Source of the DNA: Octopus vulgaris | Lineage: Eukaryota | Assembly: GCA_951406725.2 (NCBI GenBank) | Contig: OX597817.1 | Location: 94,178,001-94,242,000 of the forward strand | Length of the DNA stretch: 64,000 bases | Reading direction: 5' to 3' | In this document: positions 53,173 through 64,000 of the stretch, piece by piece | How positions within the stretch are numbered: the stretch's first letter is position 1 | Layout of the letters: each line of letters opens with the position of its first letter | The notes under the pieces: generated by a model | Told to the model about the DNA's origin: nothing | Databases searched by the model: none | What the model saw: only the letters and a program-made list of their open reading frames with translations | Program-made: the position numbers and the translations under genes

Positions 53173-53248
<76 letters not shown>
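52960..53248 (+). mobile_element. unclassified ~155-bp element with (CAT)n extension (family U2)
   Basis: 52960-53115 is the reverse complement of 61931-62086 with only 2 differences by eye, and has the same ends. Confidence 0.8.
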
Positions 53249-53265
53249 GTAGCATTATTATTATA

Positions 53266-53296
<31 letters not shown>

Positions 53297-53310
53297 TTAT
53301 TATTATTATT

Positions 53311-56300
53311 CAGTAGTTTTATTTTTATAACGTGCTTTCACTTCACTACCGATCGTAGCTCTGTGTGCCTTGGGTATGTGCAGTCGTTTGCTGTGATGCT
53401 CTTATGGTTACTGTACTGAAAGTGTTTTGCGTAGGATGTGTGCAGTGCCCAGTAGTGCAATTTTCTATACGTTATATATATTTGTAAGTTCTGGTGTTTT
53501 TGTTATGTATTTGTCTGAACACTTTTTATCATACCTAATGCGCCCACTATGATAGGAATTGTTTCTGTTTTTAGATTCCACATTCGAGTTACCTCTATTT
53601 CATGGTATTTGTATTTTGAAAGTTTCTCCATTTCTTTTAAAAAAACTTTGTCATCTGCTAGTATTGATACATCAATTATTGGGTTGTCCGGAAAGTTCGT
53701 GCCGATTTTTAAAGGAAAGAAAAGGTCAATAAATACTTGCTATTACATTTTTTATTCAACCAAATATGAACCATTTTGTTGCACAATGCGTCTCCATCTT
53801 TCCTTTAACTTGAAAATACCCTCCTCCCAGAATTGTGATGGTTTCATGGCAAAGAATTCATCAAGGAATCTTTTTACGTCATCCAAGGAATTGAAATTTT
53901 TACGATTAAGACTATTCTGCAGAGACCTGAATAAGTGGAAATCCGAAGGAACAATATCTGGTGAATATGGAGGGTGGGGTAACACAACCCAGCCGATCTG
54001 CAGCAAGTTTTGTCTGGTTCCCAAAGAAACGTGCGGTCTTGCATTATCATGCTGGAAAACAACACACTTCCTGTTGGCCAATTCTGGACGTTTCTCTTGA
54101 ATTGCTGCTTTTAACTCGTCCAGTTGTGTGCAGTATTTCTGAGAATTAATTGTCTGGTTTCTTGGGAGAAGCTCATAGTACAGAATTCCTTTCCAATCCC
54201 ACCAGACACAAAACAAGACTTTTTTAGGGTGAAGACCCGCTTTTGGGGTGGATAAGGGTGGCACATGTCGCTTACTCTAGGATCTCTTTCTCTGAACATT
54301 TCTCATCACCTGTCACAATCTGCTTTAAAAAAGGCGCGTTTTCATTCCGTTTATAAAGCGAATCACAGATGGAAATGCGACCCAAAAGGTTCTTCTCACT
54401 CAACTCATGCGGTACCCAAACATCGTAGCGATTTGTATACCCAAGATTTACCAGGTGCTCATGAACGACGGATTTTGATAGGTGGAGGCTTTCTCCCAAT
54501 TCTCGGGTTGTGCAATGTGGGTTATTCTCAATTAATGACTTGATTTGGCCATCATCAGTAGTGGATGGTCTGATCGCTCTTTATCAATAAGGCTACAATC
54601 TCCAGCTCAGAATCTTGCGAACCACTTCCGTACAGTTCTTTCGGATAAAGAAACATCACCGTAAACTGCGCATATTTCTTTGGTTGCTTGTGAGGCATTT
54701 TCCCTCTACGAAAAAAGAAAAGCATCAAGTGCCGAAAATGAACTTTCTTATCTTCCATTTTAAAGGGTTACAGAATTAACACGGGTTATAGGAACATAAA
54801 CCTTCTTCCACGAAAAGGTAGCTTAAACTATGCTCTAAATGGAGTGTAGTCAAATCCTATTTTATGGACTCAATCATTTTCTAAAATAAGTCGAAAGGTA
54901 AGCTAATATAAATCGACACGAACTTTCCGGACAACCCAATAGAAAGGATTTTTTCTTCATGATCTCTGACAAGTATATCTGGTTTATTGGCTTTAATTTC
55001 TCTGTGTGTATTGGCATATCCCATAGTATGGTTGCTTTCTCGTTTTCTGTGACCTTTTCTGGCGTGTGCTTATACCATCTTTTTTCTGTTGTTATTCCAT
55101 AGTGTTGGCATAGCTTCCAGTGTATGTAGGTCACAACTCTGTCGTGTCTGTGAATATATTCCTTCTTAACCAGGACTTGGTAGCCAGAGATAATATGATT
55201 TATTATTTCTTGTCCATCTCCACATATTCTGCAGTTGCTTGTTATGTTTCTTTTCATTATATGTTTTTGGTAATTTCTGGTGGGGATGCTTTGGTCTTGT
55301 ACTGCAATTAAATATCCTTCAGTCTCTGCTTTGAGTTCTGAGCTTCTCAACCATTGCTGCTTTTTCTCTGTCTATTTCTTTTGCGTTTAGTTTAGCTCAG
55401 TATTTCCCATGAAGGGGCTTTTCTTGCCATCGTTTTATCATGGTCCGTTGCTGTTCTAGTTTTAGTTTGGATTTCATTTGTTTTATAGCTTTTCTTCTTC
55501 TTCTTCTTCTTCTTCTTCTTCTTCTTCTTCTTCTTCTTCTTCTTCTTCTTCTTCTTCTTCTTCTTCTTCTTCTTCTTCTCCTTCTCCTCCTTCTTCTTCT
55601 TCTTCTTCTTCTTCTTCTTCTTCTTCTTCTTCTTCTTCTTCTCCTCCTTCTCCTCCTTCTTCTTCTTCTTCTTCTTCTTCTTCTTCTTCTTCTTCTTCTT
55701 CTTCTTCTTCTTCTTCTTCTTCTTCTTCTTCTTCTTCTTCTTCTTCTTCTTCTTCTTTGTTAGGTAGCAATGACTTCTTGTTTGTATTTGTCAGCTTCCT
55801 TTAAAGACTGAAAACAGTTTTTTATTTTGCTCGTTTTGTGGCTATTTGTATTAGTTTTCCTTGCTTCTGAAGTAGGTATTTTTGCGGTACTATGGTGGTT
55901 TATGATAGTTTTCCAGCTGTGTAAGGCCTCTACCACCTTCTATACGTTGTATATATAACCTTTCTATGTCAGATTTTGGTGGTGCTTCCTAGATCTTGTC
56001 ATTTTTCTTTTTTTCCTGTCTATTTTGGTTAGTTCATTTATTGTCCAGTTAAGGATATTGCAGATGTAACTTATAACTGGGACGGCTGAGTGTTGATATC
56101 TATTATCTTGTTTTCAGAATTGAGCTCTGTTTTCGGTATTGATCTAACTCGTCTATAGCTTTCTTTCTTTCTTTCTTTTTTCTTTCATTTGTGTGTGTTG
56201 TATCGCATCTATTTCATTGATTGTATGTCTAGCTTTGGTCTAATTCTTTTATTTCATTGGTTTTATCTAGTGTGATGTTGCTACTCTTAACTAGTTTTCC

Positions 56301-56892
56301 TCTTTTCAAGGTTGCTTTGGCAACTTTTTCTAAGCCAAATTTCATATTTATTTCTTTGGTAAATCCATGTACTGTCTTTATTAGTGTTTCCAGCTGTTTG
56401 TCATTTATAGCGTATAGTTTTTGGTAATCTATTATAAGAGGTGGCTGATTGTTTTGCCATAACATTTGTATCCGCATTCAGTCTGTTTAGCATGCCAGAT
56501 AAAGATGTGAGTGCCAAGCAGAAAAGGAGTGGAGAGAGCGTGTCTCCCTGGACTATTACTCTTCTATTGGGGATGTCTTTGGATTTCACGAGTCCCTCTT
56601 TTGTTTGGAGCTGTAGCACTGTCCGCCATTTATTCATAGAGTGTCTTATGTATTTTATAATTGTTGGTGCTACCTTGTTCATGGCTAGTGTTTCGAGGAT
56701 CCACGTGTGGGGAATGCTATCAAAAGCCTTTCAATAGTCGATCCAGGCCATACTGAGGCCTTTCTTCTTTCTCTGGCTGACTTCAGTTATGGCTTTATTG
56801 ATCATTAGTTGATCTTTACAGCCGTATGAGCCTTTGCAGCATCCCTTCTGCTCTTCTGGAAACAGGTTGTTTTCTTCTAGATGCTTGCTCAA
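53311..56892 (-). mobile_element. 5'-truncated R4/Dong LINE (copy F, subfamily B) interrupted by mariner
   Basis: Collinear with 9936-12045: EEQKGCCKGSYGCKDQLMINK..AWIDY, QGDTLSPLLFCLAL, LKAETEGYLIAVQDQ, CRICGDG..HIISG. (TTC)n at 55493-55757. Confidence 0.92.
53679..54939 (-). mobile_element. complete mariner element (DD34D; mellifera-like), frameshifted transposase 53752-54758
   Basis: 30-bp TIRs TTGGGTTGTCCGGAAAGTTCGTG(C/T)CGATTT, duplicated TA, and motifs MEDKKVHFRH, WVPHEL, IVTGDEK, HDNARPH and HPPYSPDIVPSD. Confidence 0.95.
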
Positions 56893-57663
56893 TTTGGTCC
56901 AACCACTGCGAAAATTATTTTTTATTATTGTACAGAATCCACTTTTCATCGCAAGTTACAATACGGTCGGGAACTGGATCGTTCTTGTTACGGAGAAGAA
57001 ATGACGAGCAAATTTCATATCTGCGCATTTTCTGATTTTCATTCAAATCGTGTGGTACCCATTCGTCGAGCTTTTTTGATTTTCCAATCGCATGACAGTT
57101 TTTTGGTTGATTTAAAGTTATTTTGCTTCAAAATCACTCTCGATGTGTTTTACGTGGATCACCTCTTCTCTTCATTTGATACTAACCCTACATCACACAC
57201 GCTAGCACTGACCAATTCTCAGTACCCACATTCACACACGTACACACGCACACACAATCTTTAATAATTGACCGTTATCGATGACAGATGCGCGTCCACT
57301 ACGCTCGTGAACTTCAAGCCTCAAGTTTCCACTGCGAAATGGTTTAAACTATTTTCGAGCTGACCACTCACTGGTCATTTCCTCACCAAATGTTTCATTG
57401 ATATCGCGAGCAGTTTCAGCTGCTTTACGTCTTTTTCTGAAGTTGAATAGCAAAATTGCTCGAATATCGCGCTTCGACAGTTACATTTCAGATGACTGTA
57501 ACAACGGAGAAAAAAAATCAATGTTAATTTATTGATGCATTTGGGCAAGTCTATGTCTGTATTATGAGACAGTTTCAAAAACTTTTAAATATTCAAAGGT
57601 CTGCAAAAATCCGGTACAAATTCTTCACGGTTCAAAACGTGGCTTACATTTTACTCAACTTGA
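56893..57663 (-). mobile_element. 5' half of a cecropia/Hsmar1-like mariner
   Basis: KRDIRAILLFNF..RKAAETARDINETFG..ERSGR..IGKSKKLDEWVPHDLNENQK..DRIVTCDEKWILYNN..SQWLD. TIR-like end at ~57635-57663. Small PLE-UTR-like insert at ~57185-57260. Confidence 0.8.
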
Positions 57664-57872
57664 TATATATATATATTATTTACAGATACTGTTATACATT
57701 GGTAAATGTTTTTGAAAGTTCTGGTTTTTTGGTATGTTTGTTCCTAAACATTTTAGTGTTGTTGACACCGCCGGATTGAATGGTACTGCCGTAGAGCAGC
57801 TGATGATGGAGGTATGTTGGATTGTTGGTATGGCTGTTTTTGTATATGTGGAATAGCGCTATAACATCCTTT

Positions 57873-57934
<62 letters not shown>

Positions 57935-58004
57935 CTCCCTTTTGGAATGTTATACCATAGCATATAATTATTGAATTGAAAAACCATCCTTTTCGATGTC
58001 GATG

Positions 58005-58068
58005 ACTGACTGTGGGACTCGAACTCAAATCACCTGTAGACGACAGGCGTACTACCATTGTACCAATG
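58005..58068 (-). other. tRNA-like SINE head / pseudo-tRNA
   Basis: Minus-strand TGGTACAATGG (A box) and GAGTTCGAGTCC (B box); no complete cloverleaf. Confidence 0.4.
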
Positions 58069-58483
58069 TAATTAAACATATACAGTTTAGAAACTGTATT
58101 CCTACCAATGAGAATTATAAGTTGTTAATGTCATAAGAATCTATAAACATTTGAGAGGGCGTGAAATTATTATTTTTATTTTGAGAAAGTGGATCTCGAA
58201 CTACATAAAAGCTTTAATAATAGCACCAAACAATTTAAGATAAATTCTTCATATCTTAAGTGGCAAGGACTTACACATACACACACACTCAAACACAGAG
58301 ACACGCACACACACACACACACACGCACACACACACACACACAGTTCTTCTCAAATGAGGCAATTGATGTTTATTTCTTGACCCACAAGATAATGTTGCC
58401 CTGTGCGAAATTTGAACTGAAACAATGGAGTTGGAACAAATACCTTGATGAGATCGCTCGAACGCTTTAATGACCCTGCCTTG

Positions 58484-58567
<84 letters not shown>

Positions 58568-58589
58568 GTTAGTTATCTATTATGTGTCT

Positions 58590-58976
58590 GTGGAGACGCA
58601 ATGGCCCAATGGTTAGGACAGCGGACTCGCGTTCGTAGGATCGCGGTTTCGATTCCCAGACGGGTCTTTGTGAGTGTTTATTGAGCGAAAACACCTACAG
58701 CTGCACGAGGCTCCAGCAGAGTGAGGTGGGTGAATCCTGCTGTACTCTGTCAACAAAACTTTCTCTCACTCTTTATTCCTGTTTCTGTTGTACCTGTATT
58801 TCAAAGGGCCAGCCTTGTCACACTCTGTGTCACGATGAACCTCCCCGAGAACTACGTTAAGGGTACACGTGTCTGTGGAGTGCTCAGCCACTTGCATGTT
58901 AATTTCACGAGCAGGCTCTTCCGTTGATCGGATCAATTGGAACCCTCGTCGTCGTAACCGACGGAGTGCCTCGGCG
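58590..58976 (+). mobile_element. tRNA-derived SINE (head A + tail X), 11-bp TSD
   Basis: A box TGGCCCAATGG, B-like GGTTTCGATTCC; TSD ATTATGTGTCT at 58579-89 and 58977-87. Confidence 0.88.
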
Positions 58977-59851
58977 ATTATGTGTCTATAAGTCTCTCTC
59001 TACCTTTCTATCTATATGGTTTCTGTGAAGGTGTGTGCAGGTCTACACACGCACACTTACACAGGCATACACTACTCATGTTTGATTGCGCACGTACGTA
59101 TGTATGTATGTGTGTGTGTGCGTGTGCGTGTGCGTGTGTTTTAATGCGCATTTATATATGAAATGTCTAATAATTGTCGTGTGAAATTGCATAAATGACT
59201 TTTTCCAGCTCGTATTTATTTTTTTTTGGTTATTTCTATTGTCATTTTAAATATTGTTGATGGTGGTGGTGGTGATGATAATTCTTTTAACATTATCGTT
59301 ACTACTTTTTGCTATTGCTGTTAAATTTGCTGTTGTTCTTATTTTTGTGGTAGTCGTTGTTGACCCGCTTATCACTTGTTGCTGCTCTTGTTTCTGTCGT
59401 TGTTGACACCGAGCTTATTGTTTACCCTGTTGCTGTTGTTTACTCTGTGGATACTGTTGTTGTTGTCAATGAATCGAATCTTTCTCCTTCCCTTCACTTG
59501 ATGATTTGTTGATGGTTGTATTGTTAGCGCTTTGGTTATCACAATAACATGTGGCTAGTTTCAGCTGCTTTGGGAGTAGCTCCTGCTGAGTCTCCAAATT
59601 ATTGAACATACGCACAAATACACGCACATGTTCATACATTCATACACACACACAATTACGAATGTACATAGAAACGTATATACATACGTATTTCTTCGTT
59701 GATATTCATGTGTATATACGTCTGTACGTATATGTATCTTAACCACATACATGCATATATGCATACTTATAAACATACATATAAAAGCACTGATTCCTAA
59801 AGATGGTGTGTGTGTGTGTGTGCGTTCGTGCGCGCGCGCGTGTGCGTGTAA

Positions 59852-60513
59852 GTGAGTGAGTTGCACAAAGTGTATGGAGAGGAGTGTATGAGCGGCGCGC
59901 AAATGTACGAGTGGTTTTGACGTTTTCAAGAAGGCCGAGAAAATGTCGATATTGACGAACATTTCTGGGAGACACACAACCAGCAGAAGTAAGAAAAACA
60001 TCGCAGATGTGAGTGTATATGTGAGGGGAAATCATCGAACCACCATCCGTGAGTTATCAGAAGATGTGCAGATTAGTTATGTTTCAGTTCAGCCCATTAT
60101 CACTGAAGATTTGGGTATGAGACACATGTCTGCCAAGTTTGTGTCGAAACTATATTCAGCTGACCAAAAAGGCACTCGGGTTTCAGTTGCACAAAATCGC
60201 CTTGATTGTGTCGAGAACGATGAAAGCTTTTTGAAAACTTTGCGTAGGACTCTCAGTCGGTATCACCAAGCGTTTGGCAATATTTGATGCAGATTGTCTT
60301 TTCAACTTTCTCTGTCATGGTCAATACGACGATCACGCGCTACACACCTTCCTTCCAAGCACTGATGTAAATAGCATAAGCGATCTAGCATGTTAAAACT
60401 TAGTGCGCATGCACCGCAGAATTTAAGTTCAATCTGTGCCAAGCGGCTTCACTCTGCGTGCTTTAGCTTTGTTACTATGGCCATACAGCTGGACACTTTT
60501 TTATCAGACCACG
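59852..60513. mobile_element. mariner-derived fold-back remnant
   Basis: Plus strand 59855-60240 encodes ELHKVYGEECMS..YEWF*RFQEGRE..SGR..TIRELSEDV..IITEDLGMRHMSAKFV. Minus strand from 60318 encodes the transposase start MTEKVEKTICIKYCQTLG. TIR-like end ..TCAGACCACGTA. Confidence 0.7.
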
Positions 60514-60680
60514 TATATGTGTATAGACCGAAAAAAAGACAGATAGATAGAAAGAGAGAGAGAGAGAGAGAGAGAATGAGAGAGAGAGAGAGCGAAGTGA
60601 GGAGGGAATAGAGAGAGGTGTTGTGATGACGCTTGACACGGTGTCCCTGTAACCTTAGAATACCTTTTTCCTCTCCTGGA

Positions 60681-60737
<57 letters not shown>

Positions 60738-60738
<1 letters not shown>

Positions 60739-61119
60739 GTGTTAATTGAGAAAGAAAACAAACGATGCTGGATCATAGATGCAGCATTTCCAGCTGACTA
60801 CAAGGTATGCGATAAAGAAGAAAGAAAATCGATAGTTATGACAGGTTATCTTGGGAGGTTAAGCAGTTGTGGTCCATGAAAAAGGTGGCAGTTATACCAA
60901 TAATTGTCGGAACCTTGGGAATAGTGAGTAGAAATCATGAGGAGTACATGGAACAAATAGGGGCTGCAATAAGGGTGTGGCACTTACAGAAAACAGTACT
61001 GCTTCGAACCGCTTGAATACTCCGGATGGTGCTTGGAAAATAAAGGGTGTTACCTTAGTTCACTAGTAGTGAACAGCTGGTATTGTAGTACATCTCCAAC
61101 ATTAAAAGCTATGCAATGA

Positions 61120-61120
<1 letters not shown>
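60738..61120 (+). mobile_element. short R4/Dong LINE 3' fragment (copy G)
   Basis: IVLIEKENKRCWIIDAAFPAD..KEE..EVKQLWSMKKVAVIPIIVGTLG..LQKTVLL..ILR; (TAA)n on both sides. Confidence 0.8.
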
Positions 61121-61151
<31 letters not shown>

Positions 61152-61222
61152 CAACAACAACAACAATAACAACAACAACAACAGCAGCAGCAGCAACAAC
61201 AACAACAACAACAATAATAATA

Positions 61223-61782
61223 AACGCCCTGATGCAGTACCAGGCAATGGCTCTCGTGGCTTCTGATCTTAACTGATTGGAGGTGTTATCATGTACATTG
61301 TTTTGTCTTGGTATAAAAGATGGGCTACAGCAAATATTCTGCTCAATACCACAGATTTGCTTGTCAGTTGTTTGATCTTAACCAGTTGAGCATGTCCCTT
61401 AGGTGTTGACGATATGTGCATCTCTGATCACGAGCAGAAGTAGTGGGGGGGAGCATCATAGCCATGTGTTGAGAAGGATTCTTTGGGGTTTGAATAATTC
61501 ACCTCTGGAAACATGGGTGTTTCGTTCAACATCCTTAAACAACCCTTATTCAAGGACCTTTTGAGCGGGATGGGTAACTCGACCAGAAGAAAATTCTAAC
61601 TGGGCCCCCACCTGCAAGGTCATGTGCTGTTTATCTTGATATGAGACCACCATTTCGCGCACACATGGCTGTGATGCATGTGCCTCGTGTTCCCTTATAA
61701 GACGGGTAGTCATGATGGGTATACTGGGTGTCTTATATTTTACCCCAGTGTCACTTTGATGGCATGCACTGCTCTCTTACTC
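61223..61782 (+). mobile_element. unclassified ~560-bp non-coding repeat in (TAA)n (family U1)
   Basis: Homologous to 51372-51884; flanked by (AAT)n/(AAC)n and (AAT)n. Confidence 0.75.
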
Positions 61783-61874
<92 letters not shown>

Positions 61875-61877
<3 letters not shown>

Positions 61878-61886
61878 TGATGATGG

Positions 61887-61932
<46 letters not shown>

Positions 61933-62086
61933 AGCCCCGCGCTGATTAACAGAATAGCCCCACGCTGAATAACAACATGGACGTGCTACACCGGGCTCCC
62001 CATTCAAAAATAAATCTAATCCAATAACATCGATGGAATTAGATAAAGGAATATGTGGAAGACTTGAAGGAAGCGGTCTTTTAACG
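61875..62086 (-). mobile_element. unclassified ~155-bp element with (GAT)n (family U2)
   Basis: Near-identical reverse complement of 52960-53115. Confidence 0.8.
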
Positions 62087-62112
62087 ATAATAATAATAAT
62101 AATTTTTTTTTT

Positions 62113-62292
62113 ACTACCCACAAGGAGCTAAACACAGAGAGGACAAACAAGGACAGACAAACACATTAAGTCGATTATATCGACCCCCAGTGCGTAACTG
62201 GTACTTAATTTATCGACCCCGAAAGGATGAAAGGCAAAGTTGGCCTCGGCGGAATTTGAACTCAGAACGTAACGGCAGACGAAATACGGCTA
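62113..62292 (-). mobile_element. 5'-truncated SINE (family S2, Tx1-like tail)
   Basis: Homologous to 27523-27754. Confidence 0.8.
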
Positions 62293-62574
62293 AACGAAAT
62301 TTCACTGCCATACAAAGCACAGCTTCTCCTATGCACGATGTCTCAGTGAAACATGTACGAAACACACTCACGAAGTCGACACCGGAAAGTTTACAAATTA
62401 TAAAATAGAAATGGAACAAAACTGAAAGCACATACATTGAGTAATTACGCATACACTCGAATGTCTCCAGAATACATTTTTATACCCATAGGACTATACG
62501 CATAGCTCAATATCACCACTCCTCTTTTGTCTAGCCTTAATACCTCTCTCAAAATTGCTCGATGATGCACAGTA

Positions 62575-63840
62575 CAGTTACAAAATGTTTGATAAAAATA
62601 TAAATCATCTCATTTACATGGATGATTTTTACAACTGGATTTTTACAACTGGTACTAACAATGAATATTGCCACAATTGGCCTAGACACATACTTGAAAA
62701 ACTCTGAGAATTGGATGTTAAAACTTGTCTCAAAACATGAAAACAAGAAAGCATCATACTCAGTAACAAAACAGACGAAGGAATATCTAATGAATTCCGA
62801 ATACAACAAATTCCAGAATTAGACGTACTAGAAACAAGCGCAGAAAAAGCTAAGCGCATGAAAACCGGGCTAAAACTACTGCCTTAGATATTCTGACTGA
62901 TAAATGGCAAGAAAAGCCTCTCAGTGGCAAATACCCAAAGACAGCGAATAATGCCGATGTTGACAAAACCCTTACCCATCAATGGCTTTTGGTTTAAAAT
63001 CAGAAACAGAAGGGTTTAACATAGCAGTCCAAAATCAATGCCTACCTACAAGGAACTACCAGGCCAACATATTAAAGAACCGCAGCTCCCCAATATGTCG
63101 TGTATGTCAACAATAAAATGAGACCATTGATCATGTTGTCTCCATGTGCAGTCTTCTTGCGCCTACAGAGTATCTCAACAGGCTTGATAGAGCTGCACAA
63201 TATATTTACTGGGTAATTTGCAAAAACCTGGACTTGCCCTATGATAAAAACTGGTGGGAACGCAAACCACCTCCAGTACTTGAAAATGATCACATATTAC
63301 TCCTCTGGAACTTCACCATTCAAACTGACAGAAAGATAGGTGCAAATAGGTCAGACATTATATTGAAAGACTTCAGACAAAAATCATGCCTCCTCATTGA
63401 TATGACTGTCCCAATCGATATAAACGTATCTGTCAAGACCTACCAAAACTGAGCACGTATAAAGCTCTTGAAATAGAAATTAGCAAACTGTGGAACCTGA
63501 AGACTAAAACAATACCTGTTGTCGTAGGTGCCCTAGGAATGATAGCAAAAGGGGCTGATTGCTAGCTCAGATACCAAGAAACCCCAAAATAGCAGAAATT
63601 AAAAAGTTAGTGCCCATAGGAACTGTCCATATCCTACATAAAATACTGACTATGTAATCTCAAATTTTAAAACAAACACATAATTTTCTTATGGTTTCTT
63701 AAACATTCTCAAGAACAATGCTATGTACAAAACCAAATATATGGCACCCAAGCTTTAACTTCTAACTTGTTGACTTTGAAGTCTCAGGGTGAGACTTGGA
63801 GCCAACTTGTACAAATGCAAAGCAAAAGTCAACCATCAAA
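62575..63840 (+). mobile_element. R4/Dong LINE (copy H, subfamily C), internally deleted
   Basis: NHLIYMDD at ~62603, then a jump to IATIGLDTYL..WQEKPLSGKYP..CRVC..WWERKPPPVLEN..NRSDII..IDMTVP; ends in (TAA)4. Confidence 0.9.
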
Positions 63841-63856
63841 TAATAATAATAATCTT

Positions 63857-64000
63857 TTCAACTATGGACACAAGGCCTGAAATGTTGGCGTGGGGTTAAG
63901 TCGATTACATCGACTCCAGTACTCAACCGGTACTTACTTTCTCGACCTCAAAATGATGAAAGGCAAAGTCGACTACGACGGAATTTAAACTTAGAACATG
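63857..64000 (-). mobile_element. partial SINE (family S2 core, tail Z), runs off the window
   Basis: CACAAGGCC..AAGTCGATTACATCGAC..GGTACTTA..GATGAAAGGCAAAGTCGAC is homologous to 51964-52145. Confidence 0.7.

Noticed and set aside
51372-63990. Inverted segmental duplication between 51.4-53.3 kb and 61.2-64 kb
   Set aside because: The same repeat families occur, but in different order and with very different pairwise divergence. Independent insertions into (TAA)n explain this better.

Overview
AT-rich eukaryotic (animal) DNA with no host gene, rRNA, bona fide tRNA or CRISPR array that I can support. The repeat families and microsatellite load look like an octopus/cephalopod intron or intergenic region, but that is an inference. 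The window is a nested patchwork of microsatellites and transposon fragments. It holds at least 8 R4/Dong-type (restriction-like endonuclease) LINE copies, most bounded by (TAA)n tracts, a CR1-type LINE 3' end and two head-to-tail Tx1/L1-type elements. It also holds several Penelope-like elements (PLEs) of different clades, two Tc1 and three mariner elements, a hAT transposase remnant and many tRNA-derived SINEs. Most listed ORFs are microsatellite artefacts. The best signals are: (1) a type I hammerhead ribozyme with an intact core and a very long stem II, present twice in identical 138-bp inverted repeats of a young Naiad-like PLE, with other variant or degenerate hammerheads in fold-back PLE termini; (2) a SINE family whose 3' tail matches the 3' end of the Tx1-type LINE in this same window, plus head/tail shuffling among SINEs; (3) apparent partitioning of microsatellite targets between TE classes; (4) a very young, unclassified ~155-bp element. 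All coordinates were read by eye, and boundaries of degraded elements are approximate.
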